Shown: piece after piece, positions 23,194 through 31,007 of the stretch
Numbering within the stretch: the first letter of the stretch is position 1
How the letters are laid out: each line of letters starts with the position of its first letter
NCBI GenBank assembly: GCA_000175855.1
Contig: ACYB01000005.1
Span: 1 to 32,000 of the forward strand
DNA length: 32,000 bases
From: Raphidiopsis brookii D9
GTDB taxonomy: Bacteria > Cyanobacteriota > Cyanobacteriia > Cyanobacteriales > Nostocaceae
Reading direction: 5' to 3'
Position numbers and translations under genes: made by a program
Notes under the pieces: generated by a model
The model's database searches: none
What the model saw: the letters and a program-made list of their open reading frames with translations, nothing else
What the model was told of the DNA's origin: nothing

Positions 23194-23408
23194 TTTTGTT
23201 TTGATCTGTTTATTTAAGTTTACTTAGGTTTTATATAGCCCTAGCCACTTGCATCAGGGGTTCTAACTTTTGCTCGTTGTCTCTCTACAGCGTTTAGGCT
23301 AAAGCTATATATGTAGATTTCGCACTGCGAAATTGCCATTAGGGACAATTATTTTCTGAACCTGTCTATTCTACCACCCGATGTGAGTTTTTGAAGGAAA
23401 TAATCTTT

Positions 23409-24158
23409 TTAAATGTCACCTTTGGTGGATCTGAGTACACGTGAATTCCCCATTGCCTGTTTCATTTCTCGTACTGCTCTTTCTATTCCCACTAACGCAG
23501 CTCGACTAATAATAGTATGACCAATATTTAACTCCTCCATCCCTGGAAGTGCTGCTACAGGAAACACATTCCAATATGTGAGTCCATGACCAGAATTAAC
23601 ACGTAAACCAGTAGCAATAGCCTGCTCGCATCCCTTGGCTAATAAAGCTAGTTCTTGGTGACGAGTAGTTTCATCTTTAGCCTCGGCATATTTTCCTGTG
23701 TGTAGTTCGATAAACTTCGCTTGCACCTTGACAGCGGCCGCAATTTGTGCAGGTTCAGCATCAATAAACAAACTCACCGGGATGTTAGCACTTTGCAATT
23801 TGTCCACTATCATTCCTATTCTAGCAATCTGTCCCAGAATATCCAAGCCACCTTCCGTGGTGATTTCCTCACGTTTTTCCGGAACTAGAGTCACATAATC
23901 CGGTTTGATGTCTAAAGCTATGGCTAACATTTCATCAGTGGCGGCCATTTCTAAATTTAAGTGGGTTCTGACCGTTTGTTTTAATAACCGCACATCTCTA
24001 TCCTGAATATGTCTTCTATCCTCCCTTAGGTGGGCCGTGATCCCATCTGCACCCCCTAACTCCGCTAGCATCGCCGCAACTATGGGATCCGGTTCAATAG
24101 TGCGTCTGGCTTGACGAATAGTAGCTATATGATCAATATTTACACCCAGTGTAGGCAC
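23409..24158 (-). CDS. pdxJ: Pyridoxine 5'-phosphate synthase
   Basis: [81 protein letters not shown]. Confidence 0.96.
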   Translation of the reverse strand: MPTLGVNIDHIATIRQARRTIEPDPIVAAMLAELGGADGITAHLREDRRHIQDRDVRLLKQTVRTHLNLEMAATDEMLAIALDIKPDYVTLVPEKREEITTEGGLDILGQIARIGMIVDKLQSANIPVSLFIDAEPAQIAAAVKVQAKFIELHTGKYAEAKDETTRHQELALLAKGCEQAIATGLRVNSGHGLTYWNVFPVAALPGMEELNIGHTIISRAALVGIERAVREMKQAMGNSRVLRSTKGDI

Positions 24159-24175
24159 TTCTACTCTCCCTTATT

Positions 24176-24553
24176 TTAAATAGCTTCTAAATAACTTAAC
24201 AGATCTGCCATTTCCTGGAAACCAGGCTGAAACTTAGGCATGGGCGGCGTTTCCCCACTAATTACCTGATGAATCAAGCCATAAGTGGACTTGCGCTTGG
24301 AGACCTCTTTTAAGCTCGGACCCACCAGTCCATTTCCTTGCCAACCGTGACAACCAGCACAATTTGTTTGAAAAATGGCTTCTCCTCGTGCTGGATCTCC
24401 CACTAGAGATAGCACATTTTTTACAAAAGGATCCGATATATTTACTACTATATCAACCGTAAAAATAGTTATAGGAATAACAATTATTATCACTAAAGCC
24501 AATAAGGGTGTCCAGTGAACGGCAATCTCGGTTTTTGTTAGCTGCTTATCCAA
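24176..24553 (-). CDS. Membrane-anchored c-type cytochrome (CytM-like)
   Basis: One N-terminal TM; heme motif FQTNCAGCHG; distal Met in PPMPKF. Confidence 0.82.
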   Translation of the reverse strand: MDKQLTKTEIAVHWTPLLALVIIIVIPITIFTVDIVVNISDPFVKNVLSLVGDPARGEAIFQTNCAGCHGWQGNGLVGPSLKEVSKRKSTYGLIHQVISGETPPMPKFQPGFQEMADLLSYLEAI

Positions 24554-24748
24554 AAGTTTTTCAGGTCTAGGTTTACAAAAAACTGTGATCAGTGATCATT
24601 TATCGGCCGTTGGGCGTTTTATTTCACTCCCAATCCCTACCACCCAAATTATGACAAAAAACTTTCATTTTCTACACAAACCTTAAGATTTATTCATATC
24701 TGGGAATTAAAACCTATACATAACTCCTGGCACTAACAGCGTTGACTT

Positions 24749-24771
24749 CTCCCCGCGCTAAAGCGACGGAG
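24749..24771. repeat. Imperfect hairpin resembling an IS200/IS605-family right end
   Basis: ctccccgcgctaaagcgacggag: CGCT-aa-AGCG core with outer CTCC/GGAG pairing, followed on the minus strand by gaagtcaacg. Assignment by recollection of cyanobacterial tnpB-type ends. Confidence 0.4.
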
Positions 24772-25005
24772 ATTCATTAGAATTTTGCTTAGACAGACAC
24801 TTCTTACTCGAAGCGTGCCACAAGCGTACTCTAATTGGCGCAGTCAAAGTAGAACTAGTCCAAATATTGTCGATACTTTTTTCTATCTCTGTCCAATCAA
24901 AATTTGTTGGCATCCAATCAAGAAAATCACCTCCTTGCATTTCATAGTATTTATGTTAACATCTTGGTTTATGACTGTCAATATATAAACCAAGATTATG
25001 AGAAA

Positions 25006-25265
25006 AGATTCTGTAGGATACAGACACAACAATCACTCAGTAGGTTTAGCTACAGTCTGGATACCTAAAAGACGCAAGCCAGTTTTGAAGGGCGTAGAAC
25101 TAGGCTATCACTAGATATTTGAATCAGTCGCGGTTGATAATGGTTGGATTATTAAAGCCAAAGAAATCGCATCCGACCACGTGCATTTATTGGTTGAATA
25201 TGATGAAAATACTGCTATTTGTGTTTTAACCAGGTTTTCGCTAGAATCAGAAAAGAAGCTAATTT
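25006..25265 (+). pseudogene. Degenerate IS200/IS605-family transposase (tnpA, Y1/HUH) fragment
   Basis: Conceptual translation across a frameshift and stop: YRHNNHSVGLATVWIPKRRKPVLKG...GYH*IFESVAVDNGWIIKAKEIASDHVHLLVEYDENTAICVL; HVHLLV is the HUH motif. No intact ORF. Boundaries approximate. Confidence 0.82.
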
Positions 25266-25291
25266 GAATATTTCTAAAGAGGAGATTTATA

Positions 25292-25405
25292 GTGGTTGAG
25301 CCCCTACTTTCCGGAATTGTTCTAGGTTTGATTTTCGTCACCCTGAGTGGACTTTTTTATGCTGCTTATAGGCAGTACAAACGACCTAGTGGATTAGGTG
25401 GTTAA
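25292..25405 (+). CDS. petG: Cytochrome b6-f complex subunit 5
   Basis: GTG start: [37 protein letters not shown] (37 aa), preceded by ggag. Not in the supplied ORF track. Confidence 0.95.
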   Translation: MVEPLLSGIVLGLIFVTLSGLFYAAYRQYKRPSGLGG

Positions 25406-25414
25406 TTCCTTACA

Positions 25415-26016
25415 TCAGTTGTGAGTTCCCAGTGATGGGGAAGTATCATAATACAATGCCCCATCACTTTCACACTCTTCTCTACAGCTATAAAAAGTTA
25501 ATGATGTGTTACCATATTTCCTTTGGCGAATAACCTGCCATACAGGTATTATTGGCACTTTAAAATCACTGCTATGTTCCACTGCTATTTCACCGTCTTT
25601 ATGTAAAAGTTTAAATCCCGCGATCGCATTTAAAACTTGGTCATACAAATCACTGGTGTAGGGCGGGTCAAAGTATATCCGATCAAATGTTTGACCCGAT
25701 AGTTTTTTTAACTGTTGAATAACATCTCCCCGCAGGATATGAAATACCTGCTGTTCAGTAATCAGATGTTGCCAGTTTTCTTGAATAATTGTACAGGCGT
25801 GACTAGACTTTTCAATACCCACAACTAACTTAGCGCCTCTACATAAAGCCTCAGCACCCATAGAACCACTACCAGCACATAGATCTAACCAGCGACACTG
25901 GTCAATCTTTCCCTGCCAAATATTAAAAACTGCTTCGCGCACTCTTCCACTAGTGGGTCTGGTGTTTTTCCTGGCAAAGTTTTCAACAGACGATTCCCGT
26001 AAATTCTCAAGCTCAT
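25415..26016 (-). CDS. rsmD: 16S rRNA (guanine966-N2)-methyltransferase, frameshifted near both ends as sequenced
   Basis: REAVFNIWQGKIDQCRWLDLCAGSGSMGAEALCRGA, DRIYFDPPY. N-terminus MSLRIYGNRLLKTLPGK starts at 26014-26016 in another frame. The true stop is probably near 25490 rather than 25415. Confidence 0.86.
25431..25468. terminator. Perfect inverted repeat between petG and rsmD, probable bidirectional terminator
   Basis: AGTGATGGGG-aagtatcataatacaatg-CCCCATCACT, 10-bp perfect arms, followed by TT on the plus strand. Confidence 0.6.
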
Positions 26017-26092
26017 TGACAAGGCATTATTACTAATTTGGTCTTTGGTCCTGAATTAATTTCCTAGTTCTTGAGGTAATTGTTAATTTTTA

Positions 26093-26728
26093 TTAAGCAG
26101 GAATTTTTTCACGAACTTGAGCGACAAAATTTGACAGAACCTGGAGTCCAATATTAGAGGATTTTTCCGGGTGGAATTGAACCGCCAGAAGATTTTCTCG
26201 AGCGATCGCAGCGGTGACAGTTTGACTACCGTGGGTAACCGTTGCGGACTGAACTTCTGGTTCGAGGGGATCAACATAGTAGGAGTGAACAAAATAGACC
26301 CAGGGTTGAGAGGGCAAGTGTTCCCACAAAATGCTGTTGGGTTGAGTTAGTTGTAGTTGATTCCAGCCCATCTGAGGGATAGCAATACCAGCTTCTGGTC
26401 GGAATCGTCGTACCTTCCCCCGAATAATTCCCAGTCCTGGTTCGTTTCCCTCTGCACTGGACTCAAATAGAATTTGCAGTCCTAAACAAATGCCCAAGAA
26501 AGGTTTCCCAGAGGTGACGACATCTTTTATAGGTTGTTCTAAATTGCGGGAGCGCAAATTTTGCATAGCCGGATCAAAAGCTCCCACCCCTGGCAAAACT
26601 ATAGCATCTGCTCGAGCTAGTTCCTTTCCACAAGCAGTTACCCTGGCAATTGCCCCAGCTTTTTCCAAAGCTTTGCAGACCGAGTGTAAATTTCCCATAT
26701 CGTAATCTACGACTGCAATGACTGGCAT
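26093..26728 (-). CDS. hisH: Imidazole glycerol phosphate synthase subunit HisH
   Basis: VVDYDMGNLHSVCKALEKAG, LPGVGAFDPAMQNL, FLGICLGLQILFESS, AVQFHPEKSSNIGLQVLSNF. Confidence 0.95.
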   Translation of the reverse strand: MPVIAVVDYDMGNLHSVCKALEKAGAIARVTACGKELARADAIVLPGVGAFDPAMQNLRSRNLEQPIKDVVTSGKPFLGICLGLQILFESSAEGNEPGLGIIRGKVRRFRPEAGIAIPQMGWNQLQLTQPNSILWEHLPSQPWVYFVHSYYVDPLEPEVQSATVTHGSQTVTAAIARENLLAVQFHPEKSSNIGLQVLSNFVAQVREKIPA

Positions 26729-27127
26729 TTAGTGACTCCTTGTAAATTTGTTCGGGAAAACATTTATATTCTAATTCTAGATAATATTTGTTATGTGGCA
26801 AAAAATATTATTAACTTCTTTTCACAGTTAGCTAGGAAAATACTCTCACCAGCGCCACCAGTTATTACTTTAACTAGCCAATATGGCTGGTTTTGCCTAT
26901 AATTTCACTTTTTGGCGGACATTACCTGTAGATATTGTTCTGTCTACTTCTGTGTATTCTATCCAAAATCAACCAACTCAAATCAAGGGATATTATTATT
27001 TAGGATTATTTAGACCAAGTTTGTACTATTTTTGTACTATTGATTTATCCAAATTGTTTGGGAGATAATTCTCTAGTTATAGTACTATAATCGTGGTATT
27101 GTACTGCTGCTGGTTTTCTAGTTTCTT

Positions 27128-28480
27128 ATGTTGTTAGTATTACCGGATCTGATCCTTACCCAAGCAAATCCCACCGCATCACCAGAGGTGATACAAAATC
27201 AACAAGTGCGGTCTTTACCAGGAAGTTTAGATAATGTTCCAGTTTTTAATAGCAATAGTCCAGAACTGGTGTTAAGAGAAGGAATTTTACTTTCTACCTT
27301 TCCCCCCCAAGACAAAAAAAATCCTGGAGCCCATTTAAATTTCCCATTTCGTGGGCGATTTGATGTTTTTTCCCACCACGTGGCTAAAGCGGATCCACCA
27401 GAAAACTTACGTTCCCTGTATCACGCCATCATTTTACATAACCCCAGTCAAAATACCGCTACTGTCAATATACTGCACGCTGCTAGTTATTTAAGTCAGC
27501 CCGATGCACCCTTTATTCCTTTAGAATCTTTACTTCCTAACTACTCTGGAATGGTTTTTGCAGGTCCTGGTAGTCGGGTAATGTCTGACATATTGAGAGG
27601 AAAACGACAAGAAAGATTCCCCCCTCAAATAATCATTCCCCCAGGGGAAAGTCGAATTTTATTAAATTTACCAATTCCGGTAGGCGAACTGACACCCCCT
27701 CTCAATGGACGTTCAACTTACATGCGATTATGGAGTAATGAAACTGTTTATGCTGCTAGTTTAGCCATGTTCGGTAAATTAAATGCTGATGGTAGTGAAC
27801 GGGCTCCAAACCAAGCGGAATGGGAAGATTTACTCAATAATGGCGATTTATCCACCCCTAGGGATAAAATTCCCACCCCCATTGAGGGCACTGCTAAACC
27901 AACTATTTATGGTAGGGTTGCAGGAGTTGCTCGTGGTTCCCAATGGCGAGGATTCCTAGCAGACACTCCCCAGAGCCCATATCTAACTATTCCCAAACCA
28001 GGTCGGGCTTTTTCTTATGTTTTAAGTACACTACATGGTGGCACATTAGGCACAGGGCAAATTCAAAGCGCACCTATGTTAGTTAGGTATCCTGACACTG
28101 CTTATTTTGCTCATGGTAACTATGGCATTCAATATAGTTTAAGATTACCTCTGTGGAATAACTCCAACACCCAACAGAATATCACTCTAGCTTTACAGAC
28201 ACCGATTAAAGAAAATCAGCTCACAAATCCTGGGTTACGCTTTTTTACCACTCCCCAACGGCAAGTTTTTTTTAGGGGGACTGTGCGCATACGCTATCAA
28301 AACGAAAAGGGTCAACCCGCAACCAAATTCGTCCATTTAGTTCAAACCAGAGGTCAAGTCGGCGTTCCTCTAATATCTGTAAATATTCAACCGGGAGCTT
28401 CTTCCTTGGTGGATTTTGATTTTCTTTATCCCCCGGATGCATCTCCCCCACAGGTATTAACCGTGTCAACACAAAACTAG
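27128..28480 (+). CDS. DUF3370 domain-containing cyanobacterial protein
   Basis: QVRSLPGSLDNVPVFNSNSPELVLREGILLSTFPP...HLNFPFRGRFDVFSHHVAKADPPENLRSLYHAIILHNP; family recognised from memory. Confidence 0.75.
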   Translation: MLLVLPDLILTQANPTASPEVIQNQQVRSLPGSLDNVPVFNSNSPELVLREGILLSTFPPQDKKNPGAHLNFPFRGRFDVFSHHVAKADPPENLRSLYHAIILHNPSQNTATVNILHAASYLSQPDAPFIPLESLLPNYSGMVFAGPGSRVMSDILRGKRQERFPPQIIIPPGESRILLNLPIPVGELTPPLNGRSTYMRLWSNETVYAASLAMFGKLNADGSERAPNQAEWEDLLNNGDLSTPRDKIPTPIEGTAKPTIYGRVAGVARGSQWRGFLADTPQSPYLTIPKPGRAFSYVLSTLHGGTLGTGQIQSAPMLVRYPDTAYFAHGNYGIQYSLRLPLWNNSNTQQNITLALQTPIKENQLTNPGLRFFTTPQRQVFFRGTVRIRYQNEKGQPATKFVHLVQTRGQVGVPLISVNIQPGASSLVDFDFLYPPDASPPQVLTVSTQN

Positions 28481-28782
28481 TAGTATGATTTATTTTTAGT
28501 TGCTTTTATAATTGGCAATGATGAGCTGGAGGAAGTGGGTGGTAGGTAATATTGGAAGGTCCTTCCTTCCTCCCGAGGTGAACGCTGTTGCGCACGGGAT
28601 AATTTAGAAGCCAGTTTCAAACCTAAAGCTACTCCTGTTGTCCCTAATCCAAATGCAAATAATGACCAACTATCATCCAGTCCACCAATAAGTGCATCCA
28701 CAATACCCATGGTGATTAACACACTAATGATGGGATCCTTTCTATAGAATGATTTCAAAAATTGAGGTAATATAGCGTTCAT
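28477..28782 (-). CDS. Hypothetical small membrane-associated protein
   Basis: 101 aa with hydrophobic segment WSLFAFGLGTTGVALGLKLA; antiparallel end overlaps the DUF3370 gene end by 4 bp. Confidence 0.5.
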   Translation of the reverse strand: MNAILPQFLKSFYRKDPIISVLITMGIVDALIGGLDDSWSLFAFGLGTTGVALGLKLASKLSRAQQRSPREEGRTFQYYLPPTSSSSSLPIIKATKNKSYY

Positions 28783-28910
28783 AACAGCTTACTTTCCCTA
28801 AATGGTGTTACTCTAAATTGGTAATGGTTAGTCCGCATACCATTGTACATCCTATTTCTTTCATTCCCAAAAAACTGTCCCTATTTCCCCAGCTAGACCA
28901 ATTATGCTAA

Positions 28911-29084
28911 CTATTTCAAGCCTAACCAAGCTAACACGCCTTGATTAGTCACATACTCAATCACTACCATTAAAATAAAACCAATCATTGCTGCTCTTCC
29001 ATTTAATCGTTCAGCATACTCATTGAAACCAAACTTGGGTTCTTCCAATTTAGGGGTAATGGTTGGTTGTGGTTCTGTCATCAT
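28911..29084 (-). CDS. High light-inducible protein / Hlip (CAB-like, single helix)
   Basis: MMTEPQPTITPKLEEPKFGFNEYAERLNGRAAMIGFILMVVIEYVTNQGVLAWLGLK* (57 aa); ExxNGRAAMIGF chlorophyll-binding motif. Not in the ORF track. Confidence 0.93.
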   Translation of the reverse strand: MMTEPQPTITPKLEEPKFGFNEYAERLNGRAAMIGFILMVVIEYVTNQGVLAWLGLK

Positions 29085-29286
29085 CAAAAGCTCCTTGGTG
29101 TGAATGAAGTTGTTTTATGAAATAGGGATCTCATTTACTTAAATTATATTCCGATTAGGAATAGATCAACCAAAATAGATCCCTGATGCAATTTGGGAAT
29201 TTTGATTAATCCAATGGGAACTAATTGGCGGAATGCTGCAATCTATAAGTCAACCAACTATAATTAGAGGTAATTAGAGGTTATAA

Positions 29287-30371
29287 ATGCAAATTGGTGT
29301 TCCTAAAGAAACTAAAGATCAAGAATTTCGCGTAGGTTTAACTCCTGCCAGCGTACGTGTTATTACTGAAAACAACCATAGTGTATTTATCGAAACTATG
29401 GCTGGTTATCCTGCGGGCTTTACGGATGAAGATTACCTGGCAGCAGGGGCACAAATAGTAGCATCTGCCGAATCGGCATGGCATCAAGATCTAGTTGTTA
29501 AGGTAAAAGAGCCATTAAGAAGTGAGTATCAATTTTTACGAAAAGATTTAGTACTGTTTACCTATTTACATTTAGCTGCTGACAGGGAACTAACAGAACA
29601 TTTGATAGATTCGGGAACTTGTGCAATTGCTTACGAAACCGTGGAGCAGGTGGGTACCAATAGACTTCCCTTACTGACACCAATGAGTATTATTGCAGGA
29701 AGATTAGCAGTACAATTTGGTGCCAGGTTTTTGGAAAGTCAACAGGGAGGTAGAGGAGTACTTTTGGGGGTGTTCCCGGAGTTAAGCCCGGTAAAGTGGT
29801 AATTTTAGGCGGTGGTGTGGTGGGGACAGAAGCTGCTAAAATTGCTGTGGGTATGGGCGCTGGGGTGCAAATTTTAGATGTGAATGTGGAGCGACTCTCC
29901 TATTTAGAAACCCTATTTGGTTCAAGAGTGGAACTGCTCTACAGCAATTCTGCCCAAATAGAAGCAGTTGTTAGAGAAGCTGATTTGCTAATTGGTGCAG
30001 TGTTAATCCCAGGAAAAAAAGCTCCAATTTTAGTTCCTCGGAAATTGGTTAAACAAATGCGTCCTGGGTCTGTAATTGTGGATGTAGCTGTAGACCAGGG
30101 TGGATGTGTGGAAACCCTATACCCCACATCCCATAGCAACCCAGTGTATGTTGATGAAGGAATTGTACACTATGGTGTTCCTAATATGCCAGGAGCTGTT
30201 CCTTGGACATCTACGCAAGCACTAAACAACAGTACTTTACCATACGTGTTACAACTAGCTAACTTAGGGCTAGAAGCATTAGAAGTTAACTCAGCTTTAG
30301 CCAAGGGTTTAAATATCAAAAGTCATCATCTCTTACACCCTGCGGTACAGGAGGTATTCCCAGATCTATAG
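29287..30371 (+). CDS. ald: Alanine dehydrogenase, frameshifted at 29766-29770 as sequenced
   Basis: ORFs 29287..29802 and 29796..30371 are consecutive parts of Ald: MQIGVPKETKDQEFRVGLTP ... ESQQGGRG / [22 protein letters not shown]...GVPNMPGAVPWTSTQALNN. Confidence 0.93.
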
Positions 30372-30812
30372 CTTTAGCTCTTGACATTTTGCATTAGCTT
30401 TTTCATAAGCATCTAAGTAATATTGATCACCCAACATTAAATCACCGTAATACTGGTAGGGTGGATCAGTATATATTGGTAAAGGATTGTCTTCTGGATA
30501 GTCTTCTTCTGATTCTTCGAGAATTGCTTTTAATTTCTTCAGGGTTAAAACTTGTGCGGGGAAATACCAAATATTTTCAGCTTTTCTTTGCAAATAGGCA
30601 AAACTAGGATCGATAATCACATCTTCTAATTCTATCCAAGCATGTTCTATAGGTTTATATGGGTGTCCGGTCAAGGCTAAAAAGCCTTGAACATATTTAG
30701 CACCTTCTGTTACTAGTAATGCTTTATATGCGTTTTCAAAAGGTTTCTTAGCTTGACTTTTGATAGTTTGAGCAACCTGTAAAGACAGGGATTCGTTTAA
30801 TAATTTGCTCAT
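30366..30812 (-). CDS. Conserved hypothetical protein (148 aa)
   Basis: Intact ORF with no internal problems, convergent with ald; stop codons overlap by 6 bp. Confidence 0.55.
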   Translation of the reverse strand: MSKLLNESLSLQVAQTIKSQAKKPFENAYKALLVTEGAKYVQGFLALTGHPYKPIEHAWIELEDVIIDPSFAYLQRKAENIWYFPAQVLTLKKLKAILEESEEDYPEDNPLPIYTDPPYQYYGDLMLGDQYYLDAYEKANAKCQELKL

Positions 30813-31007
30813 GGTAAGTTAGTTATTTTTAAGGAAAAGGGGACCAAAACTATAAAACACTATAAAACTAAAAACAAGCGACCAGAACCCCATGCTAACT
30901 TTGCCATGATGAAATGATCGCTCTTATCCAATTAATCAATTGACACCTAGCCAAAGGAATCAATTGTTATCATCTTATATCAACATCAGATAACGGGGGA
31001 TAGAGTG

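Noticed and set aside
25111-25341. 76-aa ORF 25111..25341 (-)
   Set aside because: Antisense to the tnpA remnant and petG; no support.
4037-29770. Programmed ribosomal frameshifting as explanation for the frame breaks
   Set aside because: The sites lack a common slippery heptamer plus downstream structure, affect unrelated genes at random positions, and two are local compensating pairs. Technical error is simpler.
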